A DNA stretch of 64,000 nucleotides from Obrimoposthia wandeli (Eukaryota). The position numbers and the translations under genes were made by a program. Positions within the stretch are counted from its first letter, which is position 1. Every line of letters begins with the position of its first letter. The notes beneath the pieces were generated by a model. The model had not been told where the DNA came from. It did no database searches and worked only from the letters and a program-made list of their open reading frames with translations. Below are positions 8,977 through 19,854 of the stretch, one piece after another. The stretch is taken from assembly GCA_977020255.1 (NCBI GenBank), contig CDROCS010000253.1, positions 4,526,001-4,590,000 on the forward strand, given 5' to 3'.

Positions 8977-9714
8977 GTGAATATTTCAATGAATGAATTA
9001 AAAGCAGCGCTACGCAGATGCTTTGAAGCAAGTGATTACTTTGTCGGTAATTATGAAGATGCCGCCAACATGGTGTTATGGTTAGAAAAACATGGCTTAA
9101 ATGGCTTGAGTGAATTCAAATTAGCGTTACCTTATATTGGCGAAGATAAAAAAAAGCCATTAAGCAATGTAATATATGAAGATAGTACGTCAGCAACTAT
9201 TGATGCTCACCATCGTAGCGCGCTTAATTGTATTGCGGCCGCAGTAGACCTAGCACATGCCAAAGCATTAGAAAGTGGTATAGCCACAGTAACAGTACAT
9301 AACTGCCATAACAGAATTTTTATTCTCAAAGCACTTACTGATCGTGGTCGTAGTGGCATTAGTGCTGCAGCTTACTGGCAAAATGGTAGCGATACCGTGA
9401 CCGAACATACTGCTGCCATTCGCTCAGGTCAACGCTACCCGAGTTACAGCGAAGGAATTACTAACCTAAAAAATAGTGATAATGACAAACAAGCGCTTAC
9501 TATTATTTGTAGTTCTCGAGTAGATTTAACCTCATCTTTACAAAATAGTAAAAGTCACTTTATTAGCCCTAAACAAGTTGAAAGCAACAAAGAACATACC
9601 GTTGAACATGGTATTGAAATTGATGAAGATGTTTGGAAAGAAATTAATAAAATAGGCTTAGGCGTGTTGGTTGAAAACACTGAGCGTTCACGAAAAGATG
9701 CCGGTGGCAATTAA
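8977..9714 (+). CDS. DUF3726-like protein with degenerate Ldh_2 (malate/L-lactate/DpkA reductase)-like features
   Basis: GTG start with AGGAG RBS, 9 nt after the previous stop; AVDLAHAKALESGIATVTVHNCHN resembles the Ldh_2 segment A..KA...GI..V.V.N.NH. Confidence 0.6.
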   Translation: MNISMNELKAALRRCFEASDYFVGNYEDAANMVLWLEKHGLNGLSEFKLALPYIGEDKKKPLSNVIYEDSTSATIDAHHRSALNCIAAAVDLAHAKALESGIATVTVHNCHNRIFILKALTDRGRSGISAAAYWQNGSDTVTEHTAAIRSGQRYPSYSEGITNLKNSDNDKQALTIICSSRVDLTSSLQNSKSHFISPKQVESNKEHTVEHGIEIDEDVWKEINKIGLGVLVENTERSRKDAGGN

Positions 9715-9911
9715 AAGTCCTTTCAGTACTGTCGGCAAATACCATGTATTTATTGACAGTACTGTAAAGAACACCTGAGCGGTATACAGGAAAATCTGGT
9801 ACTAGCGCGTTCGATACCCGGTCGCTCAAATGTAAAATAAAATCATACCGTCGACATAAATTAACAGCCCTCCATGGCATGTCTTTATGCACTGGAAAAG
9901 CGTTACCAAAG

Positions 9912-9951
9912 AAAAAGCTCCAGTACTTAGATTGATTCAGTAGTGGAGCTT
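9912..9951 (-). terminator. Intrinsic terminator for the minus-strand small ORF
   Basis: Minus strand: AAGCTCCA...TGGAGCTT followed by a T-run. Confidence 0.65.
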
Positions 9952-9987
9952 AAGTTCTCTATAGCAATTCAATCAACAACGATTTAG

Positions 9988-10125
9988 CTACTCCTCAGAT
10001 TGCGTTACTTCTACATCCATGTCATCTGCGACTGAGTTACCACTTAGTATTGCGGTCACAGCCATAATAATTACTGCAAGTATCACGGTTGTTAATTTGA
10101 AGCCTCTCGAGGATGAATTATTCAT
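9988..10125 (-). CDS. 45-aa small protein with signal-peptide/TM segment (missing from ORF track)
   Basis: Manual translation MNNSSSRGFKLTTVILAVIIMAVTAILSGNSVADDMDVEVTQSEE*; AAGGT RBS; own terminator. Confidence 0.6.
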   Translation of the reverse strand: MNNSSSRGFKLTTVILAVIIMAVTAILSGNSVADDMDVEVTQSEE

Positions 10126-10422
10126 TATTTTACCTTTACCACTACTGTTTGACTTATTGTTAATCTGTACTATTTATAAGCAGATGCGGTGACACTATAC
10201 CATTAACTTTTTTTTTACAAGTATTTTATATTTTTTGTTAAAAATAGGCGCTGCTCTCTATGATATCAAATAAATAGACACTAAAGGTTTCAATGACTGA
10301 TTGTTGATATATAGTATTTACTAACTAAGCTTAACCAGTGTATATCCAGACTTTGGACTTATCAGGCATCACTGAAATAAAAGGCTTTATCATCTTTTGT
10401 AAATATTATAATTGGGGATGCT

Positions 10423-11199
10423 TTGAAAAAAATAGTAATTTTTAGCTGGCTGTTATTAATACTTTCTAGCCACTCACTTAGTGCCGAAAAAATTGTTTTA
10501 TCTACGGGCGATTTCCCCCCATATAATTCAATATTAAGTAAACACTATGGGCTTATGCCTAGAATAGTCACTGAAGCATTTCGCCTTGAAGGAGTTGATG
10601 TCAAATATGAATTCTACCCATGGATTAGAGCTTACCAGACATCAAAAAATGGCAAGGTCAACGGTACTATTCAATCGTTACATTCAGTACAGCGCGAAAA
10701 GGATCATTATTACAGCGAGCCTATAATGCAGGAACAGGTTGTATGGTTTCACATGAAAAACAAACCATTCCACTGGAATAGCTTTGCAGATATATCTACA
10801 TTGAGAGTAGGCGCAATCAGAGGGTTTACCTATAGCCAACTTTTTAATCAAGCCATCGATGATAAGGTATTTGATGTTTACTATGTAGGAAGACATGATC
10901 AAAGTTTTACTATGCTGTTGAAAGACCGTATTGATGTGTTCCCAGAAAACTTGGAAGTTGGTCTATACCAAATAGCTACACTATACCCGACAAAAACTAA
11001 AGAGCGATTTACCCATCACCCCAAACCGCTCTTAACTGAGTGGAATCATCTGTTACTTTCCAGAAAGCGTCCAGATAGTCTCAAATTCATGAAAAAATTC
11101 AATAAAGGTTTAAATAAAATGAAAAGAAGTGGGAAGTTAGAACTATATATTCAAGAGTCTAGAAAAAATTATGATGAACATAAAATAGTATCTCAATAG
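10423..11199 (+). CDS. Orphan periplasmic solute-binding protein (family 3-like)
   Basis: Signal peptide; DFPPY, IVTEAF...GV.V.Y..YPW.RA, VGAIRGFTY, MLLKDRIDV motifs. Confidence 0.85.
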   Translation: MKKIVIFSWLLLILSSHSLSAEKIVLSTGDFPPYNSILSKHYGLMPRIVTEAFRLEGVDVKYEFYPWIRAYQTSKNGKVNGTIQSLHSVQREKDHYYSEPIMQEQVVWFHMKNKPFHWNSFADISTLRVGAIRGFTYSQLFNQAIDDKVFDVYYVGRHDQSFTMLLKDRIDVFPENLEVGLYQIATLYPTKTKERFTHHPKPLLTEWNHLLLSRKRPDSLKFMKKFNKGLNKMKRSGKLELYIQESRKNYDEHKIVSQ

Positions 11200-11309
11200 A
11201 CAGATGAACCTGCCCTACATTTCATTTACTTGTAGTTAAACGCTATCACTAAACTAACTTTAATTATAGCGATCTTCATTAACAAGTCGTGAACTTAAGA
11301 CTAGTGTAA

Positions 11310-13658
11310 CTAACTCATTAAATCAAAAATTAATCCTTGTTGAATTTCTTGCTGCTCATTTGATGAGATAGTGACTCGAATAGAAGCATTTAATACCCCT
11401 GCACCAGAACTTAAAGCACCTAAACTAGTATTCCCTCCTAATAATTGACTGTATTTAATGGCCATGGCCAGTGTAGTGCTGTCTGTAGTTAACTCATCAT
11501 GACTTTGAGCGTAGGATATTTGTTCATTTGAATTGGTTGTCACAGGGTTTAGCGATGATAAAGTAAAAAATAAACTAGCCTCTGCAAGCTTATGCTGATG
11601 AAGCTTAATCGATAAACGCAGTCCATCGGCTTTCAATAAATGGTGTGCACTTTCAATCAAAGCGTTGAGCAACTTTTGTATATATAATTCATCGCTATTG
11701 ATATAGTGAGGCACTCGCTCATCAATCAGGAAAAAAATAGATTTCCCCTCATAAGCATTGCTTGCTTTGAATACCGATTCTGTACGTTGTAAAAATCCAT
11801 AAAAATCAAAACAGTCTTCTTTAGCAGTAATTTTCCCTGATTCTATGTTAGACAAATCCATCATAGTATCCAGTAGCAGTGCAACATTGCTGCCCGCATG
11901 GCTTATTCCTGTTACCTGCTCATTATTAATACCTTTTTTCTTTAACTGTTCAACAAATGCTTTTATTGCTAATAACGGTACACGCAACTCTTTATTTAGG
12001 CTCTGTAAAAAATTACTTTTAGCTAAACTTTTTTTATCTGAGTTTTCTTTCGCTAAAATAAGTGCCCTAGTTTTAATCTCAACTTGCTGCCCTAATTCAC
12101 TTGAATAGGCTGCCATCATTAATACCAGCATTTGAAATAATACCGCGCAAAATGTGCCCCCGATAAGTACAGCCCATGCTTGCCAACTTTTAGTTTGACT
12201 AAACCAAGGCTGTTTTTCCGTAATAGTAATTTGCCAAAATCGAGAAAACACTTCAACCGTAATAGTCTCAACATGGCGATTTACCGTAGGAAAAGCCTGA
12301 CCAAACAAAGTAAAGGTTTTGTTACTTGAAACATCTTGAATAAAAAAACTAACCTCTTGATCTTTTTGCTGCGCAAGGCGTTTAAAAAAATGGTCAAACT
12401 GGGCAACCGCCACAACAAAACCTAAGAACTTACCTTCTTTAATTAACGATAACTTCTGCTGCTTATAATTATCAATAGGGGCGTTGTCCTCTGGAGGTAG
12501 AAAAACAGCTTTACTAAATAGTATACCGGGCTTAGCTAACTCGTCTTGTACTAACGTCATTGGTGCACTGGCAATGACTTCTTTGCTATGAGCAACCGCT
12601 TGCATAGATAAAATATGCGTAGGATTAGTATAAACATCTAAGCCTAAAGCGGCTTGGTTATTGTATTGGGGATAAATATAGTACAAAGGAGCATATTGCG
12701 TACGGTGCTTGGCTAGGATCATATTACCATTTGCCAAAAGTTCTTTAATTTGAAAGTCTTTATGCAGCATTATTGAGCTTTCTTGTTCAAAACGTCTTCG
12801 ATGAGCAAAGGGAACAATGGGTGCCCACTCTAACGCCCTCACACTTGAGCCCCGCTCAAGGATACTTTCACTAAACAAGTTAAACTCTGTTAATGAAATA
12901 TTATCACGGGCTTTAAATAAAGCCGAAAGGCTATTGATTTTGTTCACAACCGCATCAACTTCAGCGAGTACTAAACGCTTTATTTCCACTTTCGATTGCT
13001 TAAAAAGTGCTTGCCTATAATCTTGCTGTTCATGCTGAGAGGTTTTAAGTAATAATAAAATAGCAAAACCACCTAAAACAGAGGTAAAGCTCACAAAAAA
13101 TCGTTTAGTAAATTTAAATTTATCGGCATTTTTAGCTAACAACAATAATGGAATAAAAAATACCGCGACTAACATACTCATTGACCAAGTATTAATGAAG
13201 GTATAGAAAAAAGTACCTGCTATGACTTGATTATCAAGCATAGCAATAACTAATACCGAACAAGCAGAGACTAAACTTGCCATGGGGCCAATACGTAATA
13301 AAAAGAAAAATAGGTTCTTTCTTGATGTTAACCACACTTTATAATGGATAAAACCAAAAACTAACTGCTTAGTCCAACATGCTTGTAAAATCATAGCTAG
13401 CACGGCAATTGTCATCACTGCCAAATTGGCATCTAGGTGAAAGTAATAACCAAGACCAAATGCCAATAGGGGGCTCACGAATAACACTGCAATAAGTGGC
13501 GTAATGCCCCAAATCAACAGTAACCCACTAATGAGTGCCGCTGATGGACCAACAAAGTTAACTAATGATTGTGGGTTGATAAGCCATATAGCACCAAAAC
13601 ATATGGCGATATATAAAATGGCAGAAATAAAAAAACGTGATAAGTGGAGTTGCATCAT
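11310..13658 (-). CDS. MASE1-like/CHASE membrane sensor with degenerate histidine-kinase module
   Basis: N-terminal TM bundle; CHASE motifs (ALEWAP, YAPLYYIYP..N.AALGLDV, APMTLVQD); HisKA-like KSNFLQSLNKELRVPL lacks the His. Confidence 0.8.
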   Translation of the reverse strand: MMQLHLSRFFISAILYIAICFGAIWLINPQSLVNFVGPSAALISGLLLIWGITPLIAVLFVSPLLAFGLGYYFHLDANLAVMTIAVLAMILQACWTKQLVFGFIHYKVWLTSRKNLFFFLLRIGPMASLVSACSVLVIAMLDNQVIAGTFFYTFINTWSMSMLVAVFFIPLLLLAKNADKFKFTKRFFVSFTSVLGGFAILLLLKTSQHEQQDYRQALFKQSKVEIKRLVLAEVDAVVNKINSLSALFKARDNISLTEFNLFSESILERGSSVRALEWAPIVPFAHRRRFEQESSIMLHKDFQIKELLANGNMILAKHRTQYAPLYYIYPQYNNQAALGLDVYTNPTHILSMQAVAHSKEVIASAPMTLVQDELAKPGILFSKAVFLPPEDNAPIDNYKQQKLSLIKEGKFLGFVVAVAQFDHFFKRLAQQKDQEVSFFIQDVSSNKTFTLFGQAFPTVNRHVETITVEVFSRFWQITITEKQPWFSQTKSWQAWAVLIGGTFCAVLFQMLVLMMAAYSSELGQQVEIKTRALILAKENSDKKSLAKSNFLQSLNKELRVPLLAIKAFVEQLKKKGINNEQVTGISHAGSNVALLLDTMMDLSNIESGKITAKEDCFDFYGFLQRTESVFKASNAYEGKSIFFLIDERVPHYINSDELYIQKLLNALIESAHHLLKADGLRLSIKLHQHKLAEASLFFTLSSLNPVTTNSNEQISYAQSHDELTTDSTTLAMAIKYSQLLGGNTSLGALSSGAGVLNASIRVTISSNEQQEIQQGLIFDLMS

Positions 13659-13871
13659 AGGTAATTATTTAAGATCGGCAGAGTGAATCCGTTAATTAAT
13701 TGTAAAAAATTATCTTAAGTTTTAGATAATACAAGCACTATAGTATCTGAATAATTATCCTCCATACAAAATAATATAAAGAATTGCATAATATAATTTG
13801 CGCTACGTGCTTTGGTAAGCGAAAATACGCGCAATTTTTATTCTTTCAAGACTATCAGATCTGGAGCTACT

Positions 13872-15860
13872 ATGTCATCGCGTCAAGAGTTAGCAAATGC
13901 TATCCGTGTATTAAGTATGGATGCCGTACAAAAAGCAAAATCAGGGCACCCGGGTGCCCCTATGGGTATGGCCGATATTGCCGAAGTATTATGGCGTGAT
14001 TTTTTAAAGCATAATCCAACAGACCCAAACTGGGCCGACCGCGATCGCTTTATTTTATCAAACGGCCATGGCTCAATGCTTATCTATTCTTTATTGCATT
14101 TATCGGGTTACGATTTATCAATTGAAGATTTGAAAGAATTTCGTCAATTGCACTCCAAAACTCCTGGTCACCCTGAATACGGTTACACGCCAGGCGTTGA
14201 AACCACTACAGGCCCATTAGGTGCTGGTATTGCCAATGCTGTGGGTATGGCTATTGCTGAAAAAACATTAGCGGCACAATTTAACCGTGAAGATCATGCG
14301 ATTGTTGACCATTTCACTTATTGCTTCTTAGGCGATGGCTGTTTAATGGAGGGTATCTCGCACGAGTCTTGTTCACTTGCCGGTACTTTAGGTTTAGGTA
14401 AACTTATTGCCTTTTGGGATGACAATGGCATTTCAATCGATGGTAAAGTTGAAGGTTGGTTTACTGATAATACGCCAGCACGTTTTGAGTCTTATGGCTG
14501 GCATGTTATTTGTGTTGATGGTCATGACTCTCAAGCAATTACTCACGCGATTGAAGAAGCTAAATCAGTGACTGATAAGCCAAGTATGATTTGTTGTAAA
14601 ACTGTCATTGGTTTTGGCTCGCCAAATAAGTCTGGTACTCATGACTGTCACGGCGCACCACTAGGTGATGCAGAAATTGCTGCAACACGTGAATTCTTAA
14701 ACTGGCCACATGCACCTTTTGATATTCCAAGTGACGTTTACGCACAGTGGGATAGAAAAGAAAAAGGTCAAAAAAGCCAAATAAGCTGGAATGATAAATT
14801 TGCCGCTTATAAAGCAGCACATCCTGGTCTGGCAAGCGAATATGAACGTCGTGTAATTAAAGGTGAATTACCTGCTGAATTTGAAGAAAAAGCTAACGCT
14901 TTTATTCAACAGTGTCACGAAAGCAGTGAAAACATTGCTTCACGTAAAGCATCACAAAATGCGATTGAAGCTTTTGGTAGCGTTTTACCTGAAATGTTAG
15001 GTGGCTCTGCCGATTTAGCTGGCTCAAACCTAACGTTATGGTCTGGCTCTAAAGGTATTCAAGAAGATGCTGCTGGTAACTATATTTTCTACGGCGTACG
15101 TGAATTTGGTATGAGTAGCATAATGAATGGTATTTCATTGCATGGTGGTTTTGTAAACTACGGTGCGACCTTCATGATGTTTATGGAATATGCACGTAAT
15201 GCGGTTCGTATGTCAGCATTAATGGGTATACAAAATATCTTTGTTTATACTCATGACTCTATTGGTCAAGGTGAAGATGGTCCAACGCACCAACCTATTG
15301 AGCAGCTAACTAACTTGAGAACCACACCAAACTTAACAACTTGGCGCCCGTGTGATGCAACTGAATCTGCTGTTGCATGGAAAGCTGCCGTTCAAAGTCA
15401 AAAAGCGCCGACTGCATTAATATTTTCACGTCAAGGTTTACCGGCAATGAGTCGTACTCAAACGCAAGTAAGCGATATTGAAAAAGGCGCTTATATTCTA
15501 GTTGATTGTGCTGGCACACCTGATGTTATCTTAATGGCGACAGGCTCTGAAGTTGCTTTAGCAGTTAATGCAGCAACAGCATTAACTGAGCAAGGTAAAC
15601 TAGTACGTGTCGTTTCTATGCCTTCAACGAATGTCTTTGATAAGCAAAGCAGCGAGTACAAAGAAGCAATATTACCATTTAGCGTAATTAAACGTGTCGC
15701 TATTGAAGCAGCACATGTTGACTTCTGGGCTAAATATGTTGGTCTTAGTGGCGCGGTTGTTGGTATGACAACATTTGGTGAGTCGGCTCCAGGTAATGTA
15801 TTACTTGAGCACTTTGGCTTCACGGTAGACAATGTTGTAAATACTGTAAACAAGCTATAA
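13872..15860 (+). CDS. tkt: Transketolase
   Basis: 662 aa from ATG 13872 (GGAG RBS); [39 protein letters not shown]. Confidence 0.98.
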   Translation: MSSRQELANAIRVLSMDAVQKAKSGHPGAPMGMADIAEVLWRDFLKHNPTDPNWADRDRFILSNGHGSMLIYSLLHLSGYDLSIEDLKEFRQLHSKTPGHPEYGYTPGVETTTGPLGAGIANAVGMAIAEKTLAAQFNREDHAIVDHFTYCFLGDGCLMEGISHESCSLAGTLGLGKLIAFWDDNGISIDGKVEGWFTDNTPARFESYGWHVICVDGHDSQAITHAIEEAKSVTDKPSMICCKTVIGFGSPNKSGTHDCHGAPLGDAEIAATREFLNWPHAPFDIPSDVYAQWDRKEKGQKSQISWNDKFAAYKAAHPGLASEYERRVIKGELPAEFEEKANAFIQQCHESSENIASRKASQNAIEAFGSVLPEMLGGSADLAGSNLTLWSGSKGIQEDAAGNYIFYGVREFGMSSIMNGISLHGGFVNYGATFMMFMEYARNAVRMSALMGIQNIFVYTHDSIGQGEDGPTHQPIEQLTNLRTTPNLTTWRPCDATESAVAWKAAVQSQKAPTALIFSRQGLPAMSRTQTQVSDIEKGAYILVDCAGTPDVILMATGSEVALAVNAATALTEQGKLVRVVSMPSTNVFDKQSSEYKEAILPFSVIKRVAIEAAHVDFWAKYVGLSGAVVGMTTFGESAPGNVLLEHFGFTVDNVVNTVNKL

Positions 15861-15980
15861 GCAAATGAGTTAAGCGGGCTACAACGTCTGACAAACAGTC
15901 GTTGTAGCCCATACTCCGTATTATTCCTATAAGTTATTACTAGCTTATCGATTAAAACAATCCGTAAATGCAGTGAAGTT

Positions 15981-17000
15981 ATGACAATTAGAATTGCCAT
16001 TAATGGCTTTGGCCGTATCGGTCGCAGCGTAGTTAGAGCGCTATATGAAAGTGGCAAGACAGATTTATTCACCTTAGTTTCAATCAATGAACTAGCACCT
16101 GCTTCTGGCATAGCTCATCTATTGAAATATGATAGTACCCATGGTCGATTTCCTTTCAGTGTTAGCCAAAAAGACAACCAATTAGTTATCAACGGCGATG
16201 AAATAGCGCTAACGCATATCGGTAACTTAAATAGCCTCCCTTGGCAGCAGCAAGATATTGATATTGTCCTTGATTGTACCGGTAAATATGGTTCTCAGGC
16301 CGATGGTTTAAGCCATATCAATCGAGGTGCTAAGAAAGTGTTATTCTCGCATCCGGGTAGCCAAGATATTGATGCAACCATCATCTATGGCATTAATCAT
16401 CAAACATTAACTTCAGGTGATCGTATTGTCTCAAATGGCTCTTGCACGACTAACTGTATAGTGCCAGTGATTAAGGTGATCGATGAAGCCTTTGGCGTAG
16501 AAAGTGGTTCTATCACCACCATACATTCATCAATGCATGATCAACAAGTCATTGATGCTTACCATAAAGACCTACGTCTCTCTCGTGCAGCCAGCCAATC
16601 AATCATTCCAGTAGACACTAAACTTGCTGCGGGTATTGAACGAATATTACCAAAATTTAAAGGCCGCTTTGAAGCGATTGCGGTACGTGTACCTACAATC
16701 AATGTCACTGCAATGGATTTAAGCCTTACCGTTAATAATGATGTCTGCATTTGCGACATCAATCAAGCGATACAAGCCGCGACCAGTAATCATGATTTGT
16801 ATGGCGTATTAGCGTATACCGAAGAACCTTTGGTCTCGGTTGATTTTAATCATGACCCTCATTCTTGTATCGTCGACGGTAACCAAACACGCGTCAGCCA
16901 TAAGCGTTTAATTAAAATGCTGGTGTGGTGTGACAACGAATGGGGTTTTGCCAATCGCATGTTAGATACTGCCATGGCAATGCATCAAGCAGAAAACTAA
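15981..17000 (+). CDS. epd: D-erythrose-4-phosphate dehydrogenase
   Basis: GAPDH fold with SNGSCTTNC; Epd-type [14 protein letters not shown] and [12 protein letters not shown]; tkt-epd-pgk-fba order. Confidence 0.93.
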   Translation: MTIRIAINGFGRIGRSVVRALYESGKTDLFTLVSINELAPASGIAHLLKYDSTHGRFPFSVSQKDNQLVINGDEIALTHIGNLNSLPWQQQDIDIVLDCTGKYGSQADGLSHINRGAKKVLFSHPGSQDIDATIIYGINHQTLTSGDRIVSNGSCTTNCIVPVIKVIDEAFGVESGSITTIHSSMHDQQVIDAYHKDLRLSRAASQSIIPVDTKLAAGIERILPKFKGRFEAIAVRVPTINVTAMDLSLTVNNDVCICDINQAIQAATSNHDLYGVLAYTEEPLVSVDFNHDPHSCIVDGNQTRVSHKRLIKMLVWCDNEWGFANRMLDTAMAMHQAEN

Positions 17001-17068
17001 GAAAAATTGAAAATAAACTTTATAGAAATTATTTCACATAATTCACAACCGTGAAAAAGGAGACAACA

Positions 17069-18244
17069 ATGTCGATTATCAAAATGGCTGATTTAACATT
17101 AGCTAACCAGCGCGTGTTAATTCGTGAAGATTTAAATGTACCTGTAACCGATGGTAAAATCACTTCAGATGCTCGTTTACGCGCGGCATTACCTACACTT
17201 AAACTTGCACTAGAAGCTGGCGCAAAAGTGATGGTTATGTCTCATTTAGGTCGTCCCACTGAAGGACAACCTGAAGAGAAATTTTCACTTAAACCTGTAA
17301 CTGATTATTTAAGTGCAGCATTAAACTACCCTGTTCGCTTAGTCACTGATTACTTAGAAGGCGTTGACGTTGCTGCTGGTGAATTAGTGGTATTTGAAAA
17401 CATTCGCTTTAACGTGGGTGAAAAGAAAAATGATGACACGCTAGCTAAAAAGTTAGCTGCATTATGTGATATTTTCGTTATGGATGCTTTTGGTACTGCT
17501 CATCGTGCCCAAGCCAGTACTCATGGCGTAGCAAAGTTTGCCGCGACTGCTTGTGCTGGTCCATTGCTTTCTGGTGAATTAGACGCATTAGGTAAGGCTT
17601 TAGATAATCCTGCAAGACCACTTGTGGCAATTGTTGGTGGCTCTAAAGTATCAACTAAACTAACTGTGCTTGATTCTTTAGCGGGCATTGTTGATCAACT
17701 TGTTGTTGGCGGTGGTATTGCTAACACCTTTATTGCAGCAGATGGCCATAACGTCGGAAAATCATTATATGAAGCTGATTTAGTTGAAGAGGCAACTCGT
17801 TTAACTAAACAAGCGAAAGCAAACAACGGTGATATCCCAGTACCTAGTGATGTTGTTGTTGCCACTGAGTTTTCAGCTTCTGCAACTGCAACCTTAAAAC
17901 CGGTCAATGAAGTCACTGCTAATGAAATGATTTTTGACATTGGTCCTGAGACAGCAAAAGCGTTAACTGAAATTATCGCTAACGCTGGTACCATAGTTTG
18001 GAATGGCCCTGTTGGCGTATTTGAATTTGATCAGTTCGGTGAAGGTACTAAGGTGATTGCACAAGCTATTGCTGATAGTTCAGCCTTCTCAATTGCTGGT
18101 GGTGGTGATACTTTAGCCGCTGTTGATAAATATGAAATTGCCGATAAAATATCATACATCTCAACAGGTGGTGGAGCGTTCTTAGAATTCTTAGAAGGCA
18201 AGAAATTACCAGCAGTAGAAATATTAGAGCAACGCGCTAAATAA
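17069..18244 (+). CDS. pgk: Phosphoglycerate kinase
   Basis: 391 aa from ATG 17069 (AGGAG RBS); [34 protein letters not shown]. Confidence 0.98.
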   Translation: MSIIKMADLTLANQRVLIREDLNVPVTDGKITSDARLRAALPTLKLALEAGAKVMVMSHLGRPTEGQPEEKFSLKPVTDYLSAALNYPVRLVTDYLEGVDVAAGELVVFENIRFNVGEKKNDDTLAKKLAALCDIFVMDAFGTAHRAQASTHGVAKFAATACAGPLLSGELDALGKALDNPARPLVAIVGGSKVSTKLTVLDSLAGIVDQLVVGGGIANTFIAADGHNVGKSLYEADLVEEATRLTKQAKANNGDIPVPSDVVVATEFSASATATLKPVNEVTANEMIFDIGPETAKALTEIIANAGTIVWNGPVGVFEFDQFGEGTKVIAQAIADSSAFSIAGGGDTLAAVDKYEIADKISYISTGGGAFLEFLEGKKLPAVEILEQRAK

Positions 18245-18295
18245 TATTGCTAATGACTAATGGTCGCTAACAATGAGCGACCATTGGAACTAAAT

Positions 18296-18330
18296 AAAAA
18301 ACGAGTCTCTTTTCAAGGTACTCGTTTTTT
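18296..18330. terminator. Terminator after pgk
   Basis: AAAAAACGAGT...ACTCGTTTTTT; an extra hairpin lies at 18259-18285. Confidence 0.7.
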
Positions 18331-18424
18331 AATAGCTAAAATATTTATATTAAAAGAAAAAGAAAGTAAAACGAAACCACACCGAAACATTCTCGAAATA
18401 AAAACGAAACTTCTTGCAATGCGA

Positions 18425-18441
18425 TTGTAGTAAACTTACAA
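18425..18441. promoter_or_regulatory. Putative HexR operator upstream of fba
   Basis: TTGTAGTAAACTTACAA fits the TGTA-N7-TACA palindrome known for HexR in Alteromonadales. Confidence 0.5.
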
Positions 18442-18649
18442 TCACAAACTCAGAAAAAGTACTAAAACGACTTGTAAAACAAGTGTATATTGTAATATTC
18501 GCACAAAATTCAGCTTTTACATCCATTAGCGTTTAAAAGACAACTTTAATCAAATTCTCCTGTCAGATAAGGGTGCTATTTGCTATAATTTTGTCATCTA
18601 AATAAAAACTTTCAACCTTAGCAACAAAAACTTATCTAGGAGTAAGTAA

Positions 18650-19714
18650 ATGGCTTTAATTTCAATGCGCCAAATGCTCGATCATGCGGCAGAATTTGAA
18701 TACGGTATTCCAGCATTTAACGTAAATAACTTAGAGCAAGTACGTGCAATCATGCTTGCCGCTAGTGATACTGATAGCCCTGTCATCATGCAAGCATCTG
18801 CTGGTGCCAGAAAATACGCCGGCGCACCTTTTTTACGCCATTTAATTTTAGCCGCGATTGAAGAGTTTCCACATATCCCTGTGGTTATGCATCAAGACCA
18901 CGGAACTTCTCCTACTATTTGCCAACGTTCGATCCAATTAGGTTTTTCATCAGTAATGATGGATGGCTCATTAATGGACGATGGTAAAACACCAAGCAGT
19001 TATGAATACAATGTTGATGTAACTCGTCGCACTGTTGAAATGGCGCACGCTTGTGGTGTTTCTGTTGAAGGCGAATTGGGTTGTTTAGGCTCCCTTGAAA
19101 CGGGTATGGCTGGTGAAGAAGACGGCGTTGGCGCTGAAGGTGTATTAACAAAAGAACAAATGTTAACAGACCCTGAAGAAGCAGCTGACTTTGTTAATAA
19201 AACTCAAGTAGATGCATTAGCAATTGCTTGTGGTACTTCTCATGGTGCTTACAAATTTACCCGTCCACCTACTGGCGATATCTTAGCAATTGATCGTATC
19301 AAAGCAATTCACCAGCGTATTCCACAAACTCACTTAGTGATGCATGGCTCTTCATCAGTACCACAAGAGTGGTTAGCTGTTATTAATGAATTTGGTGGAA
19401 AGATCCCTGAAACATATGGCGTACCTGTTGAACAAATTCAGCAAGGTATTAAACATGGCGTACGTAAAATCAACATAGATACTGATTTACGCCTTGCAGC
19501 TACGGGCTCTATTCGTCAATTTTTAGCAGAAAACCCAAGTGAATTTGATCCGCGTAAATTTTTACAAGTATCAACTAATGCTATGTACGACATTTGTAAA
19601 GCGCGCTATGAAGCATTTAATACTGTCGGTAATGCCAGTAAAATCAAGCCAATAAGCCTTGATAGTATGTTTGACCTTTACCAACGTGGTGATCTAAAAG
19701 CTATCATTAAGTAA
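18650..19714 (+). CDS. fba: Class II fructose-bisphosphate aldolase
   Basis: [36 protein letters not shown]. Confidence 0.97.
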   Translation: MALISMRQMLDHAAEFEYGIPAFNVNNLEQVRAIMLAASDTDSPVIMQASAGARKYAGAPFLRHLILAAIEEFPHIPVVMHQDHGTSPTICQRSIQLGFSSVMMDGSLMDDGKTPSSYEYNVDVTRRTVEMAHACGVSVEGELGCLGSLETGMAGEEDGVGAEGVLTKEQMLTDPEEAADFVNKTQVDALAIACGTSHGAYKFTRPPTGDILAIDRIKAIHQRIPQTHLVMHGSSSVPQEWLAVINEFGGKIPETYGVPVEQIQQGIKHGVRKINIDTDLRLAATGSIRQFLAENPSEFDPRKFLQVSTNAMYDICKARYEAFNTVGNASKIKPISLDSMFDLYQRGDLKAIIK

Positions 19715-19751
19715 CACCACTGATACAAAGTAGTTACAATAACTATTAATT

Positions 19752-19774
19752 AAAAGGGCTTAGGCCCTTTTTTT
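19752..19774 (+). terminator. Terminator after fba
   Basis: AAAAGGGC-tta-GGCCCTTTTTTT. Confidence 0.8.
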
Positions 19775-19854
19775 ATGCTCGAAAAAAATAAGCGAGTTAG
19801 GTATAATAATCTTCATATAATCACGCTTCATTTCTATTAAGTAATTTTTTCAAG

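Noticed and set aside
9644-9892. 82-aa minus-strand ORF after the DUF3726-like gene
   Set aside because: Overlaps a real gene end, composition is not protein-like, and no RBS is seen.
15491-16111. 206-aa minus-strand ORF overlapping tkt and epd, and similar antisense ORFs (17695-17994, 27747-28397, 32559-32975)
   Set aside because: Antisense shadows of strongly supported genes; no RBS or family motifs.
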